Virus record (IMG/VR): IMGVR_UViG_3300027872_000002
Coordinates: 1-64,000 of that record
Length of the DNA: 64,000 nt
DNA from: a virus
Direction: 5' to 3' (one strand)
Positions 17,142 to 26,992 of this stretch are shown piece by piece; the stretch's first letter is position 1; each line of letters begins with the position of its first letter. The notes under the pieces were generated by a model. The model saw only the letters and a list, made by a program, of their open reading frames with translations. It did no database searches and was not told the DNA's origin. Made by a program: the position numbers and the translations under genes.

Positions 17142-17705
17142 ATGGCAGTTTCGCCCATCGTTGCGACTCCTGGGGCCGCAGACGCCAACTCCTTCATCGA
17201 TGAGGCGTTTGCCGATCAATACCTGGAGGACCGGCTCAATGCTGAGTCTTGGGCGGCAGCGGATCCGGATGACAAGAGTCGAGCCCTCATTGAGGCCACC
17301 CGTGATCTGACTCGGCTGGTGTACATCGGCCAAAGAACCGATGACGTCCAAGCTCTCTCATGGCCGCGGTTTGAAGCCATCGATCCAGACACGCCACTCT
17401 CGGATGATGGCTTTGGAAGCATCTCATTCTATCCTGATGATGAGATCCCTGACCGGATCCAGAATGCCACTGCGGAATATGCTTTTGAGTTTATCAAGTC
17501 CGGAGCCGTGGACGTGGCTGCGATTGATCCCAGCGCCGGCATCAAGAGGACCAAGGTGGACGTGTTGGAAACTGAGTTCTTTGCTCCTGGTGGTACGTCT
17601 GGTGGGGCTGAAGGTTTCAACCGCTATCCAAGGGTCATGTCAGAGATCACTCCTCTGCTGGATGAGTCATCTGCCGGCGGATCCCTTGAAGTGTTGAGGG
17701 CATAA
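17142..17705 (+). CDS. head-tail connector/adaptor protein (gp6-like)
   Basis: 187 aa. The N-terminus ADANSFIDEAFADQYLEDRLNAESWAAADPDDKSRALIEATRDLTRL is typical of Phage_connect_1-type adaptors. Confidence 0.6.
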   Translation: MAVSPIVATPGAADANSFIDEAFADQYLEDRLNAESWAAADPDDKSRALIEATRDLTRLVYIGQRTDDVQALSWPRFEAIDPDTPLSDDGFGSISFYPDDEIPDRIQNATAEYAFEFIKSGAVDVAAIDPSAGIKRTKVDVLETEFFAPGGTSGGAEGFNRYPRVMSEITPLLDESSAGGSLEVLRA

Positions 17706-18175
17706 TGGCTGAAGTTGTCAAGATCGCAGACAAGGACATCAACCTTTCCCTCTTGACGGAGGAATTGGCTGCGACCATCGTGCCGGCTTATGGGCTCTTG
17801 CTGGCTGGCTTCACCTTCAGTCGCTCCAGTGGCTTTTATGAGCCAAATGGGAGGGCCACGATCATCTCCACTCGCTCGGATGGCCAGGGTGGAACGATCA
17901 ACGACATCGCAGCAATCGGAGAGCTACGGTTTGAATTCCGGAGTGCTCTGACGGCAGCAGAGGACACCGCGCTGGATGGGGCGTTGACGGCTCATACCGC
18001 TACCACAAAAACCAATGAGCAGCAGAATGAAGCTCAGGACGATATAGATGCGGCGCAGCTTTTGGTTGACTATGGAAACTGGGATGGTATGACAGCCGTC
18101 CAGAGGGATGCCACGACCAAGATTATGCTGCGCCTCCAGACTCGCAAGCTCCTTGGACCGGTGGCTGATATCTAA
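17705..18175 (+). CDS. hypothetical neck-module protein
   Basis: 156 aa with an ATGA-type overlap. Confidence 0.5.
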   Translation: MAEVVKIADKDINLSLLTEELAATIVPAYGLLLAGFTFSRSSGFYEPNGRATIISTRSDGQGGTINDIAAIGELRFEFRSALTAAEDTALDGALTAHTATTKTNEQQNEAQDDIDAAQLLVDYGNWDGMTAVQRDATTKIMLRLQTRKLLGPVADI

Positions 18176-20031
18176 TGTCGATTGAGCGAGCCCTTGCGAG
18201 CGCCAGTTTCGCATTGGATGATCTGGTTTACACCCAGATTAATGGCATGACTTTGACTCCAGGGAAGGCTCCGGGAGGATACCTGGCATTCTTCTCGATG
18301 GACCAAACTTTTGCCGATCCCGTGAGTGGTGCGGCATTCCTCAGAACTCAGATCTTTGATAATGGGGTGGGGCTTGGTCATTCGATCAGGCGACTCGATG
18401 CTGATAACTCAATCGACGCTGCTCAGATTCCCACTATTGGAAGTGCCTTCGTGGACCCGGAAGATGGAGAGGTGGTTGAGGTTCGCTACCTTGTTGGATC
18501 TACTGGCGAGATGGTGGGCTTCAATCGGGAGCTAACCTTGTTCCCAGCCAAGGACATTCTCCAAGATACGGCAACCGGAGATGACACGATTGCTAGTGCC
18601 ACCTTTGCCCAGCTTGGGAGTATGGTCCGGACTCCTCCGGCTGGGACCTATCTCTTGTTGTTCACGACATCCGCAGATGGGCCTGGGGATATTCCAATTG
18701 GCTTTAGAGTGGCGATTGACGGGACTCCCATCGCCCACACTCTCCGCCAGAAGGAAGATGAGGGATCAGCGCCCAACTCTGCGTATGGAATCATGATTGC
18801 GGCTTCCATCACCGTGGACGGAACTGAGGAAGTTGCGATTGAGTGGAACCGAGTGGGAAGTGGGACGGTGACCTGCCATGAGCGGAACATGATTTTTGTC
18901 CCGACCAAGGACACAAATATCTTCCAAGCCACGGGGACCGCTACTGATACTGACACCACGCTCGATGATGTTCTGATTGATGATATGACGATCTCCTCTC
19001 CACCTGGCCCTTTTGATTATCTGGCTCTGTTCTCGGCATATGATTCCTATGTGGCGACTCCAGCGGATGCCAAGACCAAGTATTCCATCATCGTGAATGG
19101 GTCTCTCCCGGCAAACCTTGATCGGACTCACGAGCATGAGGACTCGATTGACGATGCCTTCATGACAGTCTACTCGGGAGGACGCATCTCAGTAGTCAAG
19201 GAAGCTCCACCGCCACCTCCGATTGTCCCAATTGTTCCAGACGATAGTGGCCAGGGCTGCTCAGCTGCCGCCACGACTCATGACATCACCGGAGCTACCC
19301 ATGGATTGACCGTTGGCTCTGGGAATGATCGCTACCTCTTGGTGGCTATTGCTCAGGGAGATACAGAGGCAGTCTTGACCTCAGTGACTTGGGATCAGGG
19401 CGGCAGTAACCAGGCGATGACTCGGGTTGGGGATGCGACGTTCTCACCAGACACAAGGATCGAGCTTTGGGAGTTGATCAATCCTGCGGCAGGGAATCTG
19501 GATCTCAGGGTTGTCTCCCCTTCCTCTGTTGGGATCGCTGCGGGCCTCTCCTCTTATGAAGAAGTTGACCAGACAACTCCATTCAGAAATTTGGTTACCA
19601 ACACTGGCGCTGGGACTCCGGGCCCACCTCCCTCCATAGTTGTGAGTTCAGTTGTTGACGATCTGGTAGTGGACGCTGTTTCTTCAAAAGATGTTGCTGC
19701 CGGTCATACTCCGGGAGCCGGTCAGACGGAGAGATGGGACATTGCCTGTAACGGGAACAACGATGACTCTGTTGGATCAGACAAGGCTGGAGCCGCCAGC
19801 GTGACGATGAGTTGGAGTGCCTCGATCACTGAGCAGTGGGCCGTGATTGGGTTGTCTCTCATTCCTGCCGTGGGAGCCGGGAGTGGAGTTGATCCTGATG
19901 TCAAAGTATTTTGGCAGAGTAGCATTGCAGACATAAGAGCAATCCATGAACGCACGCTGGTCTTGCTTCGTGAACCGTTCTCGTCACTTCGACCATCTTG
20001 GCCTAACCGATACCCACACTTGAGGATGTAA
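18175..20031 (+). CDS. large hypothetical structural protein
   Basis: 618 aa with an internal PPPPPIVPIVP linker. No recognisable catalytic motif. Confidence 0.55.
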   Translation: MSIERALASASFALDDLVYTQINGMTLTPGKAPGGYLAFFSMDQTFADPVSGAAFLRTQIFDNGVGLGHSIRRLDADNSIDAAQIPTIGSAFVDPEDGEVVEVRYLVGSTGEMVGFNRELTLFPAKDILQDTATGDDTIASATFAQLGSMVRTPPAGTYLLLFTTSADGPGDIPIGFRVAIDGTPIAHTLRQKEDEGSAPNSAYGIMIAASITVDGTEEVAIEWNRVGSGTVTCHERNMIFVPTKDTNIFQATGTATDTDTTLDDVLIDDMTISSPPGPFDYLALFSAYDSYVATPADAKTKYSIIVNGSLPANLDRTHEHEDSIDDAFMTVYSGGRISVVKEAPPPPPIVPIVPDDSGQGCSAAATTHDITGATHGLTVGSGNDRYLLVAIAQGDTEAVLTSVTWDQGGSNQAMTRVGDATFSPDTRIELWELINPAAGNLDLRVVSPSSVGIAAGLSSYEEVDQTTPFRNLVTNTGAGTPGPPPSIVVSSVVDDLVVDAVSSKDVAAGHTPGAGQTERWDIACNGNNDDSVGSDKAGAASVTMSWSASITEQWAVIGLSLIPAVGAGSGVDPDVKVFWQSSIADIRAIHERTLVLLREPFSSLRPSWPNRYPHLRM

Positions 20032-20033
20032 CG

Positions 20034-20516
20034 ATGAGAGGAATCTATGCTGTCGCGTTCACTGGGTATTCGATCAACAATGCCGATGGTATCCAAGACC
20101 TGTTCGAGATTCAACCGGCTGCTGATAGGCCAATCGAGCTAGTTGGGTTCAAGTTCTCCCAGAGAACCGATTTTGGGGACTCTGAAGAGGAAGGCTTGCC
20201 GGTCAATGTCATTCGTGGGAATCTGGTCATTGGGTCCGGAGGATCTGCTGTGACTCCTCGCCCACTCGACCCACGAGATTCTGCGGCTGGCTTCACGGCA
20301 GTCCGAGGCAATACCACTCCGGCATCGACAGGGGTGGAGCATCTTCTGGATGCGGAGAGTTGGAACATTCGTCAGACGATTCTCAACATGCCGGTTCCAG
20401 AGGCTCGCGGCAAGGCTGACAACTTGGCTGCGAATAGGATCCTGGTTGTTCGTTTGCTGGTAGCACCAAATAGCGACATCGTCACAGAAGGCACTGCTTG
20501 GGTCAGAGAGCTTTAA
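20034..20516 (+). CDS. hypothetical structural protein
   Basis: 160 aa, starting 3 nt after the previous stop. Confidence 0.5.
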   Translation: MRGIYAVAFTGYSINNADGIQDLFEIQPAADRPIELVGFKFSQRTDFGDSEEEGLPVNVIRGNLVIGSGGSAVTPRPLDPRDSAAGFTAVRGNTTPASTGVEHLLDAESWNIRQTILNMPVPEARGKADNLAANRILVVRLLVAPNSDIVTEGTAWVREL

Positions 20517-20544
20517 CCATCACCACCAAGGGGAGGACCGTACA

Positions 20545-21129
20545 ATGAGGACAGTGGAGATTCAGCGCCGATTTGATATGACGGCGCAAGAAGTCGAGGC
20601 AGCGCGCAAGCGTTTCTCCGGCAAGTTTGGCGCGCAGCCTGGGCGCTGGCACAATCGCAACGGAGTCATGGTCCATGAGTATACCGATGAGATGATCTGG
20701 ACTCCCAATCTGGTCGTCAACGAGGGCCTGAACCACGCCTTGGAAACGGTCATCAACGCTGGGACTCCGATCACGGTTTGGTTCCATACCGGATTCACGG
20801 ACAACATCACTCCGCTGGCCACGCACACGGCAGCGGTTCCGGGTGTCACGGAGATCGACGCTGCTGACGTTGCCGAGGCCGTGCGGGAGACCTTCAACGC
20901 CAACGCTGCGTCGGGCCAGTCCATCGACAACGTGGCTGGGCCGGTCTCGCAGTACACAGCTGATCAGACGTTCACGATGTTCGGAATGGAACTGATCGGT
21001 GGTGGGACTTCAGCATTCGGCAACACTGCCGGAACCCTGTGGGCACAGAACCTGCTCGCACCGTCCAGACCAATGGTAGCGTTGGACACGCTCGACATGG
21101 TCTACACCTTCCCCGCAACGGCCACCTGA
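20545..21129 (+). CDS. hypothetical structural protein
   Basis: 194 aa with GGGGAGGA upstream. Confidence 0.5.
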   Translation: MRTVEIQRRFDMTAQEVEAARKRFSGKFGAQPGRWHNRNGVMVHEYTDEMIWTPNLVVNEGLNHALETVINAGTPITVWFHTGFTDNITPLATHTAAVPGVTEIDAADVAEAVRETFNANAASGQSIDNVAGPVSQYTADQTFTMFGMELIGGGTSAFGNTAGTLWAQNLLAPSRPMVALDTLDMVYTFPATAT

Positions 21130-21151
21130 TACGGGGACCAAGGAGGCAATC

Positions 21152-21397
21152 ATGGCTGTACCGGAAACCAAACTTACCAAGAGGGCATATCCTGACAAGG
21201 AATCTGCCAAGCGTGGAGCCCTCACCAAGACGGTCCGCAATTTCAAGCTCTCCGTCAAGACTTGTGAGGATGCTCTCGCACAGCGCATCAAGGATGGAGA
21301 AAAGGAGATTGCATTCTTCAAAGCTGAGCAAGACAAAGCTGAGAAGATGTTGGTTGCTTTTGAGGCGGCAGTGACCGCAGCAGCCGAGAAGGAATAA
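21152..21397 (+). CDS. hypothetical coiled-coil protein
   Basis: 81 aa, Lys/Glu-rich, with AAGGAGG upstream. Confidence 0.45.
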   Translation: MAVPETKLTKRAYPDKESAKRGALTKTVRNFKLSVKTCEDALAQRIKDGEKEIAFFKAEQDKAEKMLVAFEAAVTAAAEKE

Positions 21398-21403
21398 GTC
21401 CAA

Positions 21404-23983
21404 ATGTCAGGGGTGTTTCGTAGGCGCCATTTCTGGCCGCATTTTACGCGGAGGGCAATGCTCTTCACGGCGGCTGGCAGTGCGGCGTTCAGCTCATCAG
21501 AGGTTGCTGGAATTGCCTTTGGTTCCGTCCCTGATACAATCTCTGCGTTTGAAGCTTCTGAGTCGAGTGGGATTGGCTTCGGGTCTACTCCCCTTGCGAT
21601 TGGTTCTTTCAATGCCTCGGAGTCATCTGGCATTGCCTTCGGCTCAGTTGAGTCTGTTGTCAAATCTTTACTCGCGTCTGAGACAGCAGGGATAGAATTT
21701 GGCTCTGTAGAGAATGTCACTGCGAGCCTCCAAGCTTCTGAGTCAGCAGGAATCGAGTTTGGATCTATCCCTGTTGTTGAAGGCGATTTCATTGCCACTG
21801 AATCCTCCGGGATTGGGTTTGGTAGCACGCCAGCCACTACTCTCGATGCCATTGCGTCGGAGACGGCTGGGATTGGGCTCGGGTCCACGCCAACCGCAAC
21901 CCTTGACGCCCTGGCATCGGAGTCGAGCGGAATTGAATTTGGCTCCGTTGAATCTGTGGTCCTTGTCCGTCTGGCATCGGAGACGGCTGGGATTGAATTT
22001 GGGTCTCTTGAGTCTGCTATCTTGGCAGCCATCGCATCGGAGACGGCTGGGATTGAATTTGGGTCTGCCCCTGCCACCGAAGCAGACTTCATTGCCTCAG
22101 AGTCGGCTGGGATCGCATTTGGTTCCGTAGCTCTGGCGACACCCACTGCTCTGGCCTCAGAAACTGCCGGGATTGAGTTTGGGTCGGAGGAGTCTGCGGT
22201 TGCTGCTTTCCAGGCATCGGAATCCTCTGGGATAGCGTTTGGATCCGTAGCTCTGGCGACACCGCTGGTAGGTGCCTCAGAGATCGCTGGAATTGGGTTC
22301 GGATCCGAGGAGTCTGTCACCGCACAATTCCTTGCCTCAGAGACGGCTGGGATCGCATTTGGATCCACGGCTCTCGTTGAGGGTGACTTCCTTGCCTCAG
22401 AGACGGCTGGGATTGGGTTCGGCTCAGTCGAGTCTACCAACCTTGCCGCTGAGGCTTCTGAGTCCTCCGGTATCGAGCTTGGTTCCACCCCAGACACCAC
22501 CGGGGCCTTCCAGTCATCGGAGACGGCTGGAGTCGAGTTTGGGTCTGAGGAATCTGCCACTCTGACGGCCATCGCCTCAGAGACCGCTGGGATAGGATTT
22601 GGGTCTGAGGAATCCACAATACTGGGTCAAGCCTCAGCGGAAGCAGGGATTGGGTTTGGGAGTACACCTCAGACCACCCTGATGGCCACGGCCTCAGAGA
22701 CGGCTGGGATCGCATTCGGATCCAACCCACTTGCTGAGGGAGCTTTTGAGTCCTCAGAGATCGCTGGAATCGCATTCGGATCTGTAGCACTAGCCACCCA
22801 GTTCTTTGAGGCATCGGAGACCGCTGGGATAGGATTTGGCTCAGCCGAGAATGCCGCCCTCCAAGCCATCGCCTCAGAGTCGAGTGGGATAGCGTTTGGA
22901 TCGACTCCCTTCACTGCCCTAGTTGGGACAGCATCAGAGTCCTCCGGGATAGCTCTTGGATCCGTAGCCCAAGCAACCCTCGATGCTCTTGCCTCAGAGA
23001 CGGCTGGGATCGCATTCGGCTCGATAGCGACCATCAGCAACATCCTGGCCTCAGAGTCCTCCGGGATCGGATTTGGCAGCGTTGCAGGATCTGTTCTAAC
23101 GGCTCTGGCCTCTGAAAGCGCAGGGATAGCCTTTGGCAGCGTTGAGACAGCGGAGGGAGTGTTTGCAGCATCTGCATCGTCTGGAATCGCATTCGGGTCT
23201 ATAGCCCTGGCCGTGTTCACGCCGATCACGCCGGTCCTGGTTGGAAAATATCAGCCAGAGCACGCACGTGCGCTCATCGACCTAACCAACGCCGGCACAT
23301 CGGTCATATTCACAAATGAGAATCCATCCTACACATTCAACCCAGGGATCTCTGGACTCAGCGCCACGACTGTAGACGGCAAGGCCATCGAGACATCCGG
23401 AAGGCCCTTCAGATATGAGGGCTCCACGCTGGTTGTCACGGAGGACCCAACCCTCATATTTGCACCGACTGCCTATGGGAATTTCCCAGACATCGGGGAC
23501 CACGTTATTTGGAGGGGCCTGGACCACATCGTTGCCGACATCGAGCTACTGGCACCTGATGCCGTCACGATCCTCGCCTTCATCCGAATCTCACTCCAAG
23601 ATTCTGGTGTACAATCCATACCTGGGACTGAGTTCCTCCCGGACCATGCGAGGGCTCTCACTCAAATCAAGGATGCTGGAAGGCCCGTGACATTCTTGGA
23701 AGACAATCGGGTGTACACGTTTGAGACTGGGCTGAGTACAATCTCCCAAACCGCCATCGAGGGCCATGCGATTCGCACCGGTGGAACCAAGAAGATGTAT
23801 GAGCTACTTGGCCTGGTTGAAAGAGACGCCGTGACCCTGCTCTTTGCCGGGAATACCTTTGGTGAGTTTCCCAACACGGGGATGAGGGTTGATTGGGGGA
23901 GCATTGACTACACCGTTCGTTGGACTCAGCGCATAGCTCCAGACGGTGGAACGATCATCAGCCGTGTGGTGGTATCGAGATGA
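21404..23983 (+). CDS. tandem-repeat structural protein: about 29 x 20-aa repeats plus a duplicated C-terminal domain
   Basis: 859 aa. Repeat consensus ASE[ST][AS]GI[AEG]FGS-x9. Two roughly 110-aa C-terminal paralogous modules (PEHARALIDLTNAG... and PDHARALTQIKDAG...). Confidence 0.7.
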   Translation: MSGVFRRRHFWPHFTRRAMLFTAAGSAAFSSSEVAGIAFGSVPDTISAFEASESSGIGFGSTPLAIGSFNASESSGIAFGSVESVVKSLLASETAGIEFGSVENVTASLQASESAGIEFGSIPVVEGDFIATESSGIGFGSTPATTLDAIASETAGIGLGSTPTATLDALASESSGIEFGSVESVVLVRLASETAGIEFGSLESAILAAIASETAGIEFGSAPATEADFIASESAGIAFGSVALATPTALASETAGIEFGSEESAVAAFQASESSGIAFGSVALATPLVGASEIAGIGFGSEESVTAQFLASETAGIAFGSTALVEGDFLASETAGIGFGSVESTNLAAEASESSGIELGSTPDTTGAFQSSETAGVEFGSEESATLTAIASETAGIGFGSEESTILGQASAEAGIGFGSTPQTTLMATASETAGIAFGSNPLAEGAFESSEIAGIAFGSVALATQFFEASETAGIGFGSAENAALQAIASESSGIAFGSTPFTALVGTASESSGIALGSVAQATLDALASETAGIAFGSIATISNILASESSGIGFGSVAGSVLTALASESAGIAFGSVETAEGVFAASASSGIAFGSIALAVFTPITPVLVGKYQPEHARALIDLTNAGTSVIFTNENPSYTFNPGISGLSATTVDGKAIETSGRPFRYEGSTLVVTEDPTLIFAPTAYGNFPDIGDHVIWRGLDHIVADIELLAPDAVTILAFIRISLQDSGVQSIPGTEFLPDHARALTQIKDAGRPVTFLEDNRVYTFETGLSTISQTAIEGHAIRTGGTKKMYELLGLVERDAVTLLFAGNTFGEFPNTGMRVDWGSIDYTVRWTQRIAPDGGTIISRVVVSR
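21494..23222 (+). repeat. 60-bp coding tandem repeat array (about 29 units)
   Basis: Period 60 nt (two 57-nt units). Units are diverged at the DNA level but conserved as the peptide ASExxGIxFGS. The antisense strand stays open as a compositional artefact. Confidence 0.85.
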
Positions 23984-24360
23984 CTTTTCAAACGGATATT
24001 GCGAGGTTTGTCGTCAAGACTTTTGTGAAACAAAAGCTCATATTCTTCACCGTGGCGAATGAGCTACAAACCAGCGTCAAGGAAGGGAGCAAAATTACCG
24101 GGAGCCCTGGCCAACCGGTGGCCATATTGAATGGAGGCGAACTGAAAAATTCATGGCAACTTGAGTTCTTGGATTTGTTCCTTGCAACGACCACCACTCC
24201 AATCATATATGCCAGAGGTATCGAGGAAGGAATGGACCCAAGGACTGGGAACCAATTGACGTTGAGATCGGAGGTGGGAGGATTCCATAGCGTGAAGCTG
24301 ACTCGTGCGGGATACCAGAAGCTGGTCAACCAGGTTGCTAGAAAGGTGAGACAACTCTGA
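23980..24360 (+). CDS. tail completion protein (HK97 gp10-like, tentative)
   Basis: Internal ATG 23980 (ATGA overlap) of ORF 23920..24360. Has TGSPGQPV...GELKNSW and IYARGIEEG patterns and sits upstream of the tail tube gene. Confidence 0.5.
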   Translation: MTFQTDIARFVVKTFVKQKLIFFTVANELQTSVKEGSKITGSPGQPVAILNGGELKNSWQLEFLDLFLATTTTPIIYARGIEEGMDPRTGNQLTLRSEVGGFHSVKLTRAGYQKLVNQVARKVRQL

Positions 24361-25037
24361 TGCCATTCAGCAATTTTCAAATAGTGGAGACCTTCAGAGA
24401 CCGATTGGTCACGCTCTTGGTCGTGCCGGCTCCCGTGGTTGATATCGAGGTTGTAGAGGGCTCCCCAGACGACACATATGTCAGGGCCTCAGGGTCATGG
24501 GTCGATGATGGATTTTATCCAGGGATGGAAGTCGATGCGTCAGGGTTCGCAGACTCGGCCAACAATGGCCTATCTGTAGTGAAGGTCGCCACCGATTTGG
24601 TGCTGACCGTGGATGAGAATTTGTCGAATGAAGCTTCAGCATCAGGAAGGTCGATCAGTGTGGGGTTGCCCTCCCGGATTGCTCCTGAGAATATTGAGTT
24701 CACCCCGGATGAAGGCAAGCCATACGTGGAGGAAGGTTTCGTCCCAGGCCCAACAACGCAAGAGACTGTGGGACCGGGAGGAGATATTGAGGCTGACCCA
24801 TTGTATGTTGTGAGGCTGTTTGTCCCAGCAGATTATGGGCCTGAATCTTTGCACTTATATGGAGATGCCCTGGTGGCTCTATTTGCTTCCAGGACTGCTA
24901 TGTCCCTAACCAATGGAGATGTGTTGCGAGTCCGTACAAACCCTGGACCATTCCGGGGCCAATTGCTTCAGTTGAAACCAGGGTGGGCCACCGTGCCGGT
25001 GTCGATCCCGCTCAGGATCCGCACTATCAACCCGTAA
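24360..25037 (+). CDS. tail terminator-like protein (DUF4128-like, tentative)
   Basis: 225 aa. C-terminal pattern YVVRLFVPADYGPESLHLYGDALVALF ... WATVPVSIPLRI, and position immediately before the tail tube gene. Confidence 0.45.
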   Translation: MPFSNFQIVETFRDRLVTLLVVPAPVVDIEVVEGSPDDTYVRASGSWVDDGFYPGMEVDASGFADSANNGLSVVKVATDLVLTVDENLSNEASASGRSISVGLPSRIAPENIEFTPDEGKPYVEEGFVPGPTTQETVGPGGDIEADPLYVVRLFVPADYGPESLHLYGDALVALFASRTAMSLTNGDVLRVRTNPGPFRGQLLQLKPGWATVPVSIPLRIRTINP

Positions 25038-25055
25038 CAACGGAGGACAGAGCAA

Positions 25056-26252
25056 ATGCCGGAACAGACTGGACAAAACGTCCTGGTGGCTTACAAGGAG
25101 GAATCAGCCTTCAATGATCCGCCAGCACCTGTCACGGGAGGGAGACGGTTGCGGTTGAATCCAACGCCTGGTCTTCAACTCGCGGCACCAACGATTCTGC
25201 CTGGTGAGCTTAGGTCAGATCTGCTGACTCCAATTGCTCGGCTGGGGAGCCGGTCAGTTGGCGGAAACTATCTGTGTGATATGTCGGTTGGTAGCTTCGA
25301 TGACATTTTCGAGGCTGTGCTGAGGAGCACATTTGTTGCCGAGGTATTGATCACAGAAGTGGCGATGACTTCGATCACCACGACCACTAGCACCATCGTG
25401 GCCGCTGGAGGATCTTGGATCACCGAGGGAGTGAGAGTTGGCGACATCGTGAGGCTCACCGGCCACTCGACTCCAGCCAACAACGACATCAACCTTTTGG
25501 TCTTGAGCTTGACGGCCTCGACCATCACCCTGGTGGGGACTCCGCTGGTTGTCGATGCGGCTCCGGATGCCACCTTCACTCTCACCATCCTCAAGAAGGT
25601 TACCAATGCGCCGGCACCGTTGCGCCGGAGCTTCCATCTTGAGGAATACTTTGCCGACATCGACCAGTCGCTGCTCTTTGGTGGCTGCCGTTGGGATGGC
25701 ATGACCATCACGGGAAGCCCAGACGGAATGGCCACGATTGACCTGCCGGTTGTCGGGGCCTCCCAGACTCCTCTGGACACTGGCGCTTCTCCATTCTTTG
25801 ACACCCCATCTCTGGACACCACGATTGGGTTGGTTTTCGTGGACGCCCAGATCTCCTTGGGCGGTGTGTTCCTGGTCACAGGGACAGCCTTCACCCTTGA
25901 GCTTGCTCTCGGGATGGCTGGACTTCCGGTGATCGGATCCACGGTCACCCCAGACGTTTTTGACGGGAGGTCCGTGATCAGCGGATCCATCTCCATCGTG
26001 AGATCGGATTTGTCAAGGGTCACTGCTTTCGATGCAGAGACTGAGTTTGAACTTCATGTCCTCTTGGAGGAGCCGACTGGGACTCCCAAGGGTGCGCTGA
26101 GCATCTTCATTCCCAAGCTCAAGTTCACGGCTGCTGACGCGCCATTGGGATCGGATGGAGCTATGATTGAGACCATCCCCTTCCAGGTTGGAGTTGAGCC
26201 AGGGACGACCACCAAGGACACCACGATGATCACGATCTGCACGGAGACTTGA
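25056..26252 (+). CDS. major tail (tube) protein
   Basis: 398 aa with GGAGGA upstream. Lies between the terminator-like gene and the chaperone/tape-measure genes. Called on gene order only. Confidence 0.6.
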   Translation: MPEQTGQNVLVAYKEESAFNDPPAPVTGGRRLRLNPTPGLQLAAPTILPGELRSDLLTPIARLGSRSVGGNYLCDMSVGSFDDIFEAVLRSTFVAEVLITEVAMTSITTTTSTIVAAGGSWITEGVRVGDIVRLTGHSTPANNDINLLVLSLTASTITLVGTPLVVDAAPDATFTLTILKKVTNAPAPLRRSFHLEEYFADIDQSLLFGGCRWDGMTITGSPDGMATIDLPVVGASQTPLDTGASPFFDTPSLDTTIGLVFVDAQISLGGVFLVTGTAFTLELALGMAGLPVIGSTVTPDVFDGRSVISGSISIVRSDLSRVTAFDAETEFELHVLLEEPTGTPKGALSIFIPKLKFTAADAPLGSDGAMIETIPFQVGVEPGTTTKDTTMITICTET

Positions 26253-26432
26253 ATTGTGAATTGCCTCAGGGAGATTGCACGCGGATCCTTGGGGTGTAGT
26301 GCGAGGGCAAGACTACAACTTTGGTCTTGGGCCTGTGCGGTGCCGGAAGCTGAGGGATATGTTGCCTGACTCGGTGGATGGGCGTGTCACGTAAGTCGCA
26401 GGTTCAAGATCATCTTTCAAAGGAGCAGGACG

Positions 26433-26876
26433 ATGACGGAAGGCAAAGAGGGAGTGGGTGGCTTTGATCTCGCAACCGCTGCGCCAGTCTCTGAATTGGA
26501 GGAGACGGGACAGTGGATCGAGATTGTTGGAACTGAGGGAGAAGTTTTGCTGTGGGACAACCATACCAAGCCGGTGAGAATCCAAGTCATCGGATCCTAC
26601 AGCAAGACCTATCGGAAACTCATGCACACCCAGACGACCAAGGCTGTGAAGCGCAAGACTACTCAGATCACCGGGGAGCTACTGGCGCGTCAGCGGTTGG
26701 AAGTGGTGGCCGGATCGGTCCAGTCGTGGGAGGGCTTCTACAATGCCGGCAAAAAGTTGGATTGTACGAGGGACAATGTCAAGCTTGTTTTGGACAACTA
26801 CCCGTACATCATGGAGCAGGTTGAAGCAGCCTTGGAGGATCACGAGGCTTTTTCACCGGCCAACTCCTCCAACTGA
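26433..26876 (+). CDS. tail assembly chaperone (gpG-like)
   Basis: 147 aa acidic protein directly upstream of the tape measure gene. Confidence 0.55.
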   Translation: MTEGKEGVGGFDLATAAPVSELEETGQWIEIVGTEGEVLLWDNHTKPVRIQVIGSYSKTYRKLMHTQTTKAVKRKTTQITGELLARQRLEVVAGSVQSWEGFYNAGKKLDCTRDNVKLVLDNYPYIMEQVEAALEDHEAFSPANSSN

Positions 26877-26992
26877 TCGAGTGGGTCCGCCACAATGCGC
26901 GTCTGGATAGGAGTGAGGGAACTGATGGCATTTCAATTCGGGCGCACCTTGAGCAAGCGGCAAGCCGAGGGCATGTCTGGTCCATCGAGCAA

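Noticed and set aside
21010-22617. 535-aa minus-strand ORF, the longest minus-strand ORF in the window
   Set aside because: It lies exactly antisense to the 60-bp tandem repeat array of the 859-aa + strand gene. Its own product is a mirror-image repeat (SDPN.IPAVSEA...). The frame stays open because of repeat composition, and it has no independent start context. It would be the only minus-strand gene in 64 kb.
26391-26399. Shared 9-mer TCACGTAAG upstream of the chaperone gene (26391) and the primase gene (48275), considered as a possible promoter element
   Set aside because: There are only two copies of a 9-mer. Given about 1.5 kb of total intergenic DNA, a chance shared 9-mer is expected, and there is no supporting -35/-10 context.
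26401-26411. GGTTCAAGATC resembling a tRNA T-arm/loop in the tail tube-chaperone gap
   Set aside because: The flanking bases cannot form the T-stem (GCAGG versus TCATC), and no acceptor, D or anticodon arms can be drawn. No tRNA is called anywhere in the window.
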